Below are positions 39,819 through 53,160 of a stretch of 64,000 nt of DNA, one piece after another; position 1 is the first letter of the stretch; every line of letters begins with the position of its first letter. Below the pieces are notes generated by a model. It worked only from the letters and a program-made list of their open reading frames with translations, searched no databases and was not told the origin of the DNA. A program made the translations under genes and the position numbers. This DNA is from Octopus bimaculoides. Taxonomy: Eukaryota. The stretch spans positions 11,139,537-11,203,536 of the forward strand of contig NC_068992.1 of assembly GCF_001194135.2 (NCBI RefSeq). The letters are read 5' to 3'.

Positions 39819-40830
39819 TCAGATTTATTAATGAGAGGAGGAAGAAGATTCTGTGACATTCATGCTATGTCATATGAAAGATACTAATAAAGATAAGTAA
39901 AGCCAAATGGCTTCAATGCGATCATATTATGGATTTAGCTTTTCCTAGCCGTTAATTCCAAACAACAATGCTTGCAGGTGTGAAGAGTATTAGCAATATA
40001 ACTGAGAAGAAATGGCTTCATCAGGAAATCAAAACCTTTGCGTGCTCTTCGTTTGCCTGAAGCTTAAACCAACATTCCACTGTTTGCCACTTAATTATAT
40101 AAATATTGGAAAACATCAAATGTAAAAGCTGGTAGTTGAAGGGATAATATCTTCTATGACTTTTATTTGTTTACTAAATAGACATCAAATATAACCTGAC
40201 TAGGAGTGTATGGTGTTGATGATGATGTGAGTTACGGTGGTGATGGTGGTGTTGATAGTGTTGATAGTGGTGGTGATGGTGATGGTGATAGTGATGGTGG
40301 TGGTGATGGGGTCCTTAATCTCTTGACCCTCTGGACTCTCAGAGTATCACAGGAAAGAATATTTTCATGGTCTTTTAAATCCTCGCCTAAATTAAATTTG
40401 CTTTTGGATTTGAACTTAGTAATTAATAAGCTAATGAGTATCTTATTAATTCGAAAGGTATCTCACTGTTTTAATTAGTTAAAATTATCCTAGCCATTAA
40501 AATTCATTTGCAGTCAAATGAACAAAACTAAGGAGCTGTTACCAAGGACACCGAACTTTGTAAGTGAAATGATCAAATAAGAACTTTTATTACATTGCCT
40601 CTGTCCAACACCAACACACTACCAATATGACTAACGACCCAACTACTCCTCAACCAAGGAGTTTCAGGTTCATTCCCATAACTCAGCACCAAGGTCAAGT
40701 GTTTTTTTTTTCTATAATTCTAGGCTGACCACCTTGTGAGTGGATTAAGTAGATGAAAACTGAAGGAAGTCACAACCCATGCCATGGACAATGGACGTTA
40801 AATGATGATGATGATATATATATATATATA

Positions 40831-41097
40831 TCATCATCATCATCATCATCATCATTGTTTAATGTCTGCTTTCTATGCTAGCATGGGTTGGACGATTTGA
40901 CTGAGGACTGGTGAACCAGATGGCTACACCAGGCTCCAATCTGATCTGGCAGAGTTTCTACAGCTGGATGCCCTTCTTAATGCCAACCATAATGTATTTT
41001 ATGTGCCACCTGCACAGGAGCCAGTCCAGCGGCACTGGCAATGATCTCGCTTCAATGTCTTTACACGTGCCACTGGCACGAGTGCCAGGAAGGCGAT
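40831..41097 (-). mobile_element. Family C repeat
   Basis: (tca)n then gtttaatgtctgctttctatgctagcatggg; TA runs on both flanks. Confidence 0.85.
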
Positions 41098-41105
41098 ATA
41101 TATAT

Positions 41106-41499
41106 CTCTTTTACTCTTTTACTTGTTTCAGTCTTTTGACTGTGGCCATGCTAGAGCACCACCTTTAGTCGAGCAAATCGACCCCAGGACTTATTCTTTA
41201 GAAGCCTAGTACTTATTCTATCGGTCTCTTTTGCGTAACCGCTAAGTTACGGGGACATAAACACACCAGCATCGGTTGTCAAGCGATGTTGGGGGGACAA
41301 ACACAGACATACAAACACATATACACATACATATATATATATACATATATACGACAGGCTTCTTTTGGTTTCCGTCTACCAAATCCACTCACAAGGCTTT
41401 GGTCGGCCCGAGGCTATAGTAGAAGACACTTGCCCAAGATGCCACACAGTGGGACTGAACCCGGGACCATGTGGTTGATAAGCAAGCTACTTACCACAC
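41106..41499 (-). mobile_element. tRNA-derived SINE family B
   Basis: Reverse complement of 39454-39818, including the gagtaaaagag tail. Confidence 0.9.
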
Positions 41500-42174
41500 A
41501 CACACATGTGCATATATGTGTTGCGCGCATACGTGTGTGTGTGTGTATGTGTGTACTTGCTTATGCTTTCACTTCTCCAAAAGTCTCTGATCTACAGCAT
41601 GGAAATTGTCACTGTTTCCCCTAGCAACAAATCATCTCTACTGGCTTAGTATTTTCAAAGATATGTAGAATAAGAGATCTTTCACTTGAAAAACAGATAA
41701 TGGTTAGCAATAGGAAATGACATTTGCCAGTAAAATGTTGTGAATAATATATTCATCTAATTCTTGCCAGCATGTCAAAACAGTTGTGTAAATGAATGAA
41801 AGAGAAAACAAACAAAATACAATTTATATCAGGAATCATCAATAGCAGAAACACAGAGTATTTAAGCTTTTGTTGTGTAGTTTCATGCTGAGACCAACAT
41901 CAACCATATTTTATAAGGTCAATGATGACATCATGAGCAGATGGTCAGATGCTGGTGAGTTATGTGTGTAAAATATATTGACAGCCTTACAACTTGACTT
42001 GTGTTAATTAAACTGCAGCATATTAATGCATTTCTGATTGCTAAGAATACATATAATAATATGCGTCTGACATTATGCAAACTGAGATTGATGGTTATCT
42101 AAAGACGTATTCTTTATCCTTAATTCAAATTTACTCTACCATCTGTCATATGTGTATTTATGGTCAGTAGACAG

Positions 42175-42205
42175 ATAAGATAGAAAGATAGATAGATAGA
42201 TAGAT

Positions 42206-42262
<57 letters not shown>
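42175..42262. repeat. (GATA)n microsatellite
   Basis: Directly visible; similar arrays at 44015-44185 and 44344-44380. Confidence 0.95.
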
Positions 42263-42583
42263 TATATATATAAATAGAGAGATGAGTGGAAGGCTAACAA
42301 GTTAGGCAGATAGATATAGTCGAATAAATGGATAGATAACAGGTTTACATATATAGATAGACTGACAGATAGATGAACAAATGGACAAGTATATCAATAT
42401 ACAAATATGTAATATATATCAATGCGTGGATCATATTAATTATTATGCATTAGAATATACACCATTACAATCCAGCCAGTTCCAGCTTTGTTTACATGGA
42501 TAATGAAGCAGGGATTTGGAGTGGGACATTTTACTGGAGCCAAGTCTTTCTCTCTTTCATTCTTTTTCTCTGTATACACCATC

Positions 42584-42818
42584 TTGAGCGTGACCATTGC
42601 CAGTACTGCCTGACTGGCCTTCGTGCAGGTGACACGTAAAAGCATCCACTATACTCTCTGAGTGGTTGGCGTTAGGAAGAGCATCCAGCCGTAGAAACTC
42701 TGCCAAATCAGATTGGAGCCTGGTGTAGCCATCTGGTTTCACCAGTCCTCAGTCAAATCGTCCAACCCATGCTAGCATGGAAAGCTGACGTTAAACGACG
42801 ACGATGATGATGATGATA
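42584..42818 (+). mobile_element. Family C repeat
   Basis: ttgagcgtgaccattgccagt...gttaaacgacgacgatgat. Confidence 0.85.
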
Positions 42819-44055
42819 TATATAAATGGAACAAAAACGCAGTAGAGGACAATAAAACATCTGGACAGATAGATGATACAAAGGCAGAGAGGAAAAGCAA
42901 CAAATAGAGGGACAAGATTAAAAAAACGGCTCATTTCATGGCCTTCTTTCATCAGTCAAGTTTCTAGATACTCCTTACAGTTTCGGGCAGTTACACTTGA
43001 GACTGTTCGAATCTGGTTGCCCCCAAAAAATCTAAGCTAAGAGCATTAGATTTTTTGTAAGAAAGCAAAGGAAGGTGTACAACAAATAAGACAAAAGAAA
43101 ACAGAGAACCTGTTATACAGTCACAAATACAAACAACAAGAATATAGCAACAGGTGTCTTTTGACTAATGAGGATGAGTCAAATTGAGCAGGTGTGTATA
43201 GAGTGAAAGCCTTGAGGCAGGAACATAGGAGATGGTCATAAGAGATGTTGGTGGTCGGTCGGCATTCAAGCCAAGAAGAAAGATCATGGCTGGCCAAACA
43301 GCAGGCAGTCACGTGGAAGGAGGAGAGAGGGGTAGGGGCAGAGGGACTGAAGGATTAGGGGAAGGACAGAAAAGAGAGAGAAAAAAGAGAAAGGTGCAAG
43401 GGAGATAAACGAAGAGGAAGAGTAGGAATTAAAGAAAAAGAGGGCCAAGGAATGTGAGAGAGGGGGAGAGAGAAAAAGAAAAGAGGAAGAAAGTATGAGA
43501 GGGACTAAAAGACAGAGTAAAAGTATCGTACAAAATTTAGATAGATACTTTGTTACAAGGTGAGCAAAAGTGTACATATAACACCCACACACACACACAC
43601 GTTTATACTGCATGAATATCAACATTAGAACAGGTGCACTAAATCTCTGTATGTCATAATAAGAGATGACTAAAAGTGATAACAGGATGACAACAAAGAG
43701 GAGTCGTCTGGTCATGAAAGGCTGGCCCAACCCACGTAGACATAAAATGATAATGAGAAGGGGTAAGAGGAAGAGGAGAGGAACGAGAGGGACATTCGGG
43801 GGGGGGAGTAGAGTGGAGGAGGAGGAGGAGGATGTTGGTGACAATTCTGATAGTGACACTGATAATTCTATCAACACCAGTGATGAGGGCAAAGATGATG
43901 ATAATAGGTTGGAAGATAAGCAGATAGCTACACGGATAATAAACGGGGCTGCTAGACAGATTTCCCTAACACACACACACACATGCAAGATGAGTGGATG
44001 AATGAATGCATGGAGAGATAGATAGATAGATAGATAGATATAGAAAGAAAGAAAG

Positions 44056-44121
<66 letters not shown>

Positions 44122-44980
44122 ATAAATAGGTAGATATATAGATAGATAGAAAGAAAGAAAGAGATAGATAGATAGATAGGTAGATATCTTTTTATTATAG
44201 CCACACAGGGCTAAATACAGAAAATGGACAAATTACAAAGTAGAGCTTTTCTTGGGGGGGGGGGATAATTTCGATCAAAAGGGATCGCGGAAAAAAAAGG
44301 TGGGGATTTCGATCAAAAGGGATCGCGGGAAGAAAAAAAAAAAAGATAGATAGATAGATAGATAGGTAGATAGATAGATGGGTATTTTATTTTGCTGATA
44401 TTAAATTCAAAGTAGTATGTTTTAAAACAAAAGGTTCCTAACACAAACAAAAAGAAAAGACATTCTATGTTATTTAATACACAACAAATGTAAAAAGAAC
44501 AAGACAAAACAAAAAGAAAAACAGAAAGAACAAGAAAAGAAAAGCAAATAGCAAGATTTCAGAAAGGAAATTATAGACTGAGAAGTTGAACAAACAAGAT
44601 TCAATCAAATATTAATGTATTAAATTAGACAGATAATCAAAAAAGATAATAATGTTCTTCGCTTCTTCATGAGACCTGATACATGGGAAATAAAAGAAAA
44701 GGCGAGCTGGAAGAATTGCATGGAGAGAAAGATCGATGGATGTGGGGAGGGGGAAGAATCACTCCATGCTATGAAAGAGAGGAAAAAAGAGAGATAGAGG
44801 TGGGGGGGGGGAGAATAAACAAGAGAGAGAGAGATAGAAAGGAAAACAGAGAGAAACAATAAGGGGAAGATAAAGAAAGAAAGAGAGTAGAACAAACTAG
44901 AAAATGAACAAAAATGTGTTCCACGAACATTAATATTTGAGCTTGTATTATTTTTATTGTACAATATATGCGTGTGTATA

Positions 44981-45015
<35 letters not shown>

Positions 45016-45044
45016 CTATATGTACGTACATATTTATATATATG

Positions 45045-45085
<41 letters not shown>

Positions 45086-45571
45086 TTATTTCTGGTTGAT
45101 GAGTAGTATATATTTTTATGTTTTAAACAAAACATTTTCTTCTAACAAAGTGTTTTTTTAAGCAAATGGTGTACCAGCAATGTGATACTGGCCTTTGATC
45201 ATTCGTCTAGGTCAGCAGCTATACCACTATCAAGTTGACCAGTTCTGACCCTGGAGTCATTAGTGGTTCCAGATGTTTCTTCGTTTATTGTAATTAATCA
45301 GTAATGTAGCATTTATTTACAAAATCACATTTAGAATCTCTCTCTACTTCTCTCCTCCTCTCTCTCTCTCACTCTAATTTCTTCAGTTATTAAGTGTAGA
45401 GGAACACCAGCCAGCAATGGATTTTTTCAATCATGACATCAGATGCAACAAGTTCAATAATAGTTATAAATGAACTTGCATTTATTCCATACACATTATT
45501 CTTATTCTTCTTATCATTTCCTATTTATTTATATATTTATTTACATTTGTAAATATTGGCTCCCATAACAG

Positions 45572-45871
45572 TGGCATTTAAAAGGCACCATCTGAACCTG
45601 GTCGATGCCAGTGATCCCTGATTGGCTTCTGTGCTGGTGGCACTATTCAAAAGTGATCGATACTGGAGCCACCTGACTGGCTACTGTGCTGGTAGCATGT
45701 AAAAAGCACCCATTACACTCTTAGAGTGGTTGGCATTAGGAAGGGCCTCCAGCTGTAGAAACATTGCCAGATCAGATTGGAGCCTGCTGCAGCTGCTGGC
45801 TTTCCAGACCTCAGTCAAACCTAACCCATGCCAGCAAGGAAAACGGACGTTGAACGATGATGATGATGATG
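45572..45871 (+). mobile_element. Family C repeat
   Basis: Internal tandem subunits plus the (GAT)n tail. Confidence 0.8.
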
Positions 45872-45925
45872 ATATATGCATACATATATATATGTGTATG
45901 CATATATGTATATATATATATAAAT

Positions 45926-45992
<67 letters not shown>

Positions 45993-46031
45993 AATATGCA
46001 TATACAACTGCACACATATATATGTATACAT

Positions 46032-46068
<37 letters not shown>

Positions 46069-46254
46069 TGTATGTATGAGTGCATATACATGAATATGTT
46101 TAAGCACATATGTAAAGTGCTTAAACATTTTTATAACTTTTGTTTAAATGAGAAAATTCTGTTGTACCAATTAGTTGCTATTTTATCTTAATTAAACCTA
46201 TTTCACATATTGCTTCTGTCATGAATTGAAGCCACAAGGTATCAGTGTATGCTT

Positions 46255-46460
46255 GTGTGAATGTGTGTGTGTGTGAGTGTTTGTGTGAGTGTTTGTGTGA
46301 TTGTGTGTGTGAGTGTGTATGAGTGCATGTGTGAGTGTGTGTGTGAGTGTGTACATGAGTGTGTATGAATGTGTGTGTGTGTGTGTGAGTGTGTGTGTGC
46401 ATGAGTGTGTGCATGTGTGTGAGTGTGTGAATGTGTGTGTGTGTGTGTGTGTGTGTGTGA
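46255..46460. repeat. Degenerate (GT)n array
   Basis: Directly visible; source of the HTHT and VCVC ORFs. Confidence 0.95.
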
Positions 46461-47619
46461 TTGTATATTTGCAAGGCAATGAATATAAGTGTGAGTAAAT
46501 GCTTGTGTATTCATGAGTGTGTTTGCTATGAGAGTGATTATGTGTGTAACTTTTTAAGTGTGTATACATGTTTGTAAATCAGTGAGTGTTTGTGTGTGTT
46601 TGTGTCTGTGTTTTTTTTTTTTTGTAATTGTGTGTGCATAACTCTATGTGTGTGTTTTGTAATTGTGTGCGTGTAGTTTCTATGATTTCTGATTATCTTC
46701 AGCGCTGACATTCTATATCTTGGCTTGAATACCAGTATTTCAGCACATGGTTCTTTATTACAGAAACACAGAATAAAGATAATCACTGATAATATACAAA
46801 TAGACTTTACTCTATCACATCTTTGGTACAACAAATAAAAATAGAACAAACTACGGAACAAACATTAGTGTTTTTACCAACGTAATTAGCAGAAACAATA
46901 AAACTCAAGCATATGTTATTGTTGGTTTGTTTGTTTCCTTTATTGCTTTGTTGTCAACTCATTTTTAAAGTGCTTATAGTTCGGTCATAAATGTATGAAG
47001 CTGAGAATATTTAGAGAGAAAAAAAAACGATGTTATTCAATAACATTTCCTTCTTACTTTAAAACTGCTGGTAATCTATGTAGCCCCTTTTGGGTATCAA
47101 AAAATCCTTAAGGAACTTTGCTTGGTTTAGTTGATGTAGATTGTGCTGTAAGTGTTAAACTAACGTCATCTTGGATGAAATCACAGTCCCTTACAATAGC
47201 TACATGAATGTGGAAAAAAAAAAATGGCAAGGTTTAGAATTTGGGACAAATGCTTAGTTTTTCTTGAGTACTAAATGATTTTAAATGATAGAGCAGTATA
47301 GTACTAGTATTCACGATAAGATCCTAGTTCTTCACAACAGATCTATATATTTAGACAATACTCCAAGTCTCTGGTTTTGCCTGGTGAAGTATGATCAGAT
47401 TTATGATAAGATATGCTCCTTCCATGACCATCCTGTGTTTTTGTATATCCAGAACGACATTATCAAAGGCATCCTTCCTGTTCTAACAATATAAAACTCT
47501 TAACATGGGAGAGAAATTTGGCTTCTATTCATTGTAGGTCACTTGACAATGTACAGGTTCTTCCATGAGATCAACAAAATGGGTACTATTCTGGTGCACC
47601 ATGAAAGAAATTTCCAACA

Positions 47620-47975
47620 GTGTGGCACCTGTGCCCAGCATCACCCTCCTGGCACTTGTGCCGGTGGCACGTGTAAAGACATTCGAGCGAGGTCGTTGCC
47701 AGTGCCGCCAGACTGGCTCCTGTGCAAGTGGCATGTAAAATACACCATTTTGAGCATGGCCGTTGCCAGTACCACCTGACTGGCCTTCGTACCGGTGGCA
47801 CGTAAAAGCACCCACTACATTTTCGGAGTGGTTGGTGTTAGGAAGGGCATCCAGCTGTAGAAACTCTGCCAAATCAGATTGGAGCCTGGTGCAGCCGTCT
47901 GGTTCACCAGTCCTCAGTCAAATCGTCCAGCCCATGCTAGCAGGGAAAGCAGACGTTAAACGATGATGATGATGA
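47620..47975 (+). mobile_element. Family C repeat, longest copy, with about three internal 60-65-bp subrepeats
   Basis: gttgccagt..actggc..gtg..ggtggcacgtaaaa unit repeated before the common tail. Confidence 0.85.
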
Positions 47976-49074
47976 GGAGGATGTTGATAACTCTATATTT
48001 GATTTTTAATGAACAAATTCTTGCTGCCAAAGACCACCACTTTTCTTCTTGAATTCTAGTAATTACATGATTCTTACCCAGATTTTTATATCTTAACATT
48101 CAAAATTTTTACATATGATCTGTTAAGTTTTATGAATTCATAGATTTGTAAAAATTTCGTATATTGCAAAAAATTCATAAATTTTAAGAACTTACATAAA
48201 TATGCATAAGATTTTTCTTTACAAACATTACTGTGGATTTATTCTGATATTTTAGTAGAATATACATGAGAATATTATACTTTGAAATTTAATGCTACCT
48301 TTAATTTTGCACCTGTCTAAGTCATTTCTGCATATTTCAGTTCTAATCAAACAGGAAAGGCTGAGTTTAAATGTTGATTTCCAACTTTGTATTTGCGCTT
48401 ATGCATTTCCTCTGACCCCCTAATACTGAGAGCTGATGTTATTCAAGTTATCTATTATTGTTTATTCAAGATTCCTTGTTGAATGTATAATGGTTCAATA
48501 ATTGAATACAGAGTAATACAAGTAAGCTACCATACTGTTGTGAGGAGAAGTATATTCAGTGGTTAGAAGTTGTTTGGGTTATTAAAAAGAATTTCAGAAG
48601 GGTGACTATCTGAAATGAAATATAATTGCTCTCATTGTGGATACTACAAAAAGAAGCTGTGTTGATACTGAAAAAAAGGTTCATGGAGGGGAATCCAGTT
48701 ATGTTATGTTATTATGATCAACATCAAGAGTGGCTGTGTGGTAAGTAGCTTGCTTACCAACCACATGATACCGGGTTCATTCCCACTGCATTTATCTACA
48801 GAAGGATTTGAACTCAGCACCATAAGCTGATGAGTTACTGTTGGGTCATAAACATAGCACAGTACAATTGACTGAGTACAAAATGGTAACATTTTTAGTA
48901 GATTTTGGGGGGATAGGGATACCCTGTTTATCCACTTACCTATTTAGGCAAGTTGATATCTGCCAATAATATCTGTATTGTGATTCTATGCTCTTTTAAA
49001 TTCATTCAAATCACACCATAGCCTTCAGGCCAGGGTTCCAGTTTGAGAATACCTTCCTCCCTTTTTTCCAGCAC

Positions 49075-49152
49075 ATCTGGTTCACCAGTCCTCAGTCAAA
49101 TCGTTCAACCCATGCTAGCATGGAAAGCGGAGGTTAAACAATGATGATGATG
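49075..49152 (+). mobile_element. Family C 3' tail, truncated
   Basis: catctggttcaccagtcctcagtcaaatcg...gttaaacaatgatgatgat. Confidence 0.8.
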
Positions 49153-52100
49153 GTTAATTAAAGGTAACAACTGTTGATGGTAATTTGTGTCCCTGATGAG
49201 TGATGATAGGAACAATTAGTGATGATAATATGTATATCCCTGATGAGCAATGATGGTAATGATTGCTGATAGTAATTTGCATTTCCGATGTGTAACAATG
49301 GCAACAACTTCTCTCAGTAATTTTCTTTGTCCAACAAGTGATGACGCTCCAAATGACAGCAGCGATGACGAAGATGATAACGATGTTGATGTCTGAGAAA
49401 ATAACCTTCACTATGGTGGTTGATATTGGAAATTAAGGACGGTGGTCTAGATGGCAATAATTAGGATGATGGTGATTATGATGAGGAGGATAACGATGAT
49501 GACGATAGCGGAAGATTAGGATGGTAGTAATTAAGGTGATGATGATGATGATGACAGTGGTGGTGGTAAGCATAGCAGTGGTGACGAAAAGGAAGTTGGC
49601 AGTAATGATAGTACTACTAGTAATAATAATGATGATGATGATGATGATGATGATGACGATAAAACAACAACAGCAACAACAGATATGTTGATGTTGATGA
49701 TGACATTGATGATGCTGAAGTTGATTATGCCAATAACCAGATTATTCAACAGAATCAGTGTTTTCTCCAATGCATCAGAGTTAAGCAACATATGTCTTTG
49801 GGGGTGTTAACCCAATTATGATTAATTTCCTCCTGATACAAGAAATAATAATTATCGGTATAAGAATTAGCAAGAAGATCAAGACGCTATATTAAATAAA
49901 TCTTTTCTCGGCCACCTTTTCAGCTCAAGGGCCTCTCACTGATCAAATCTAACTTTGTAAATAATATAAGAGTATTCTTTTTGTGTTCCCTTCCTACACC
50001 TCTTCCTCTCTCACTCTCCCTCCAAATCATATTTTTATATCAGGTTTTTTTTTTCTTTACTGAGTTGATTTTTTTTTTTTGTTGTCATTTTTTCATGCTT
50101 CTCGTATTGTGAAAAATAGAAGTAAATATTTGGAAAACATTTGCTAATTTAGTTAACCATATAATTAGAATATTTTCAGATTTTTCTTGTATCTGAGGTG
50201 TAGCAAAATGAAATTAAAGAAAAAATAAAGATGATTAACTAACGTTATTGCTGGAGAAGTGTGCAAAGTTAAAGAGGCTTTTGTATATAGTTAAGTATGT
50301 GTGGCTTTTGTTATCTTCATATTAATCCTTCAGTTAAAACCACTTCACGTTTATGTTCAAGTAATCTTAACGTATTGTTAAAATATCAGTCCTTTTGTTC
50401 ACTGGTTAAATGTGTTATAAACAGAAGAACACTTTAAGCTTGATCATTCATTGAGTTATAAATGAAAATTTTTGCTATTTAATAAAGTGAAAGACTAGAA
50501 TTTGATAGGACTTGTGATAGTCTGTGGCCATGTTTTAAAAGTCATTTTGATACAGTTCACAATATTGATCATTTTTAATAGTTTAGGTATGATCATTCAT
50601 TGCACACTGAATGAAAAATTTCGATATTTATCAGTCAAAGTTGGGACTTGTGATAGTCTGTGGCCATGTAAAAGTCAATTTGATATTGTTCATGATGTTG
50701 ATAATGACAAGAATATGTTAGATATTTTCCCATACCTGACACTAACATATCTTTACATTTCATTTTAACCAAACTAACTTTTGCTATCACAGACCAACTC
50801 TTTTCCTCCTGATTTCTAGAAGCTACTTTTGGTTCTCCCTCAAACTTTTATTGTTCAAAATCTAAAATTTATGATTCTAAGACTTTAATGCTACAAATCC
50901 AGATGTCCATGCTATTTGATGGGTTCCTTGAAAATGTCCATTTCCTATGAGGTTTCAAAGAGTGATTCTATGTTGCCAAATGCCTAGATTTAGAATTTTC
51001 CTATTTTCATAAGTATAAAGTGACTGCGATAGGCAGTGTTATACTGTCTAGTGAGTGAAAGAAAGTGTATGAGGTAGTGTGCAGTGGAAATAAGTGTCTT
51101 GCTCAAGGACATGTGTCGCCAGGAATCAAATTCACAACCTTACACACACACACACACATATATAGAGAGAGACAGACACACAGACAGAGACAGATAGATA
51201 GAAAGAAAGATAGATAGATATAAGTGTGTGTGTATGTTTATGTATTTATGTATGTATGTATACATGCATGTATCTATGTATGATCTGTATATGTTTCTAT
51301 GTAAATATATATATATACATACACATTTATACATGCATATTACATACACATACATATCAGTTCCATTGTTTTATTCAGTTCAGGAAAGAAAATCTTTTAT
51401 TAATATTTAAAAGATTAACATTTACAAAAACAAAATGAAAAAGAAAATGGAACAAATAAATTATACATAATAATCTTTAAGAATATAAATATTTTTATTA
51501 TCTTTAAAATGACTGCGAACATCTTGGCTATAAGAGATGTAACATTAATCTGATGTCAGAAAAATGACAGAGTTCCTGTAGGCTTTATCATGGAATATAC
51601 TCTAGATATCACATTGTTCCTGAAGTTATGCATTAATTGTCAGGAGGTGAAATCTAATCAAACTACATCTCTAATTAGTATGTTTATAATTAACTTATTG
51701 ATAGAATATTCTAATATATATATTTGCATTTTATCAGCTCTTATCTCTTCTAAAGTTTCATATTATTATCTAGAAAATGTTTACGCTGATTCATTATTGA
51801 ATAATATTTTGGTAATTTTGTCTTAAGCCACAGCGTCAAGTTCGTTATTCATGACCACTGCTTGAAATCCACTGGTGGGTTAGGTATTACCTTATATTAT
51901 CAAAATGCACAAACACACACACACACATGTATATACATATATATATATATATATACATGCATGTGTGTATACATGTATTATGTATGTATATATACATATA
52001 TATATAATGTGTGTGTTTGTAGGTATGTATGCATTCCAGTGAGCAAAAATTCTACAGTTCCAGTTTTCCCTGAGAGAGATAGGGCAAGTGAAATAAAAAT

Positions 52101-53079
52101 GCTTCAGGTAAGAAAGACATGGATCCATAGAAGGACATGGATCCATAGAAAATCTACCTCAACATGTTATGTGTTACCCATACCAGCATGAAAATGAAAA
52201 TGGATATAAAAGCGATCAGATCAAAAAGACGAAGATAATGATGATGATGACGATGATGTCTCATTCAAATTCAAGCAGGAATAGTTAAATGACCTTTAGT
52301 TTTAATGTATAGATTGCTTTGTGGGTTAAAACTCAATTCAGTGAGAAATGGTGATCACATAGTAAATGCTATCACACGAGAACTTTGAAGAATCTCTACA
52401 GAAAAATGGAGTACATAAATATACAAATAATGGTAATAGGTTACAATATATGTTGTGATGTGTAATTACTAGTTATGACTGCCTTGACATTTCAGAGAGT
52501 GTGGGGCAGAGAGAGAAAGAAGTTTGCATTATCTTCTCCAAGGAAAATGCAGAAGTACAAAATAAGGTTTCATATGTTTAGTGAAAGCGTTAGAAAAATA
52601 AATGTGAAATTGCTAAAACAGACAAAATTGCCAAACAGGAAGTCGAGTCAGGTAACTTGCAGATTATTTTCTATTCTATAATAGTGCTGCCACTTTAGTA
52701 GAAAATGTGATAAAGCCAGAATCCCAATGCAATTTAAATCTAATTCCAAGATTTATATATTCCTCTTTTCTCACATAATTTCATTCTTTAAAGTAACTTT
52801 ACTGATAACAAAAGGACGAAAACAAAATAAAAAGATATCTAATCTTTATATTTGGCACTGAAGGTGCAAATGTATACAATTCTGTATTTATAATTAGTAA
52901 TCAAGTTAATTTGAAATTTAAAATGATTTGAGATTTGAAATTTTTGTCAGATGCAGTGGCTATCGTTTTCCAGTCAAGGGGATGGAAAATTGAATAAATT
53001 TGCATTTGCAATGCCCAGTTGCCCTATTCTGAATCAAGAAGACCATAAGATTAGAAATAGGATGTCTGCCAAGATTCAC

Positions 53080-53160
<81 letters not shown>

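Noticed and set aside
40019-40026. Other CTGATGA matches (also near 16531, 48827, 49195, 49240)
   Set aside because: No downstream GAAA with stems I and II.
42964-43036. Third hammerhead-like remnant on the minus strand (GAAAC-UGUA, GGGCA/UGCCC stem, long flanking complementarity)
   Set aside because: No CUGANGA core and no room for one in this copy; worth revisiting only with a family consensus.
43284-44204. 306-aa minus-strand ORF
   Set aside because: Stop-free because the plus strand is purine-rich (GATA and GA repeats); low-complexity L/S/F/I product.
44267-44329. 23-bp direct repeat atttcgatcaaaagggatcgcgg; also the tandem 17-mer at 52116-52150
   Set aside because: Small slippage duplications within repeat remnants; nothing indicates function.
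44620-44680. MKKRRTLLSFLIICLI signal-like start
   Set aside because: In-frame stop with no usable donor.
46538-46861. Hydrophobic ORF (ICILSVIIFILCFC)
   Set aside because: TTG start, no convincing splice sites, runs into a microsatellite.
47620-47830. CRISPR-like spacing of repeated units
   Set aside because: Internal tandem subunits of family C in eukaryotic DNA; no unique spacers and no cas genes.
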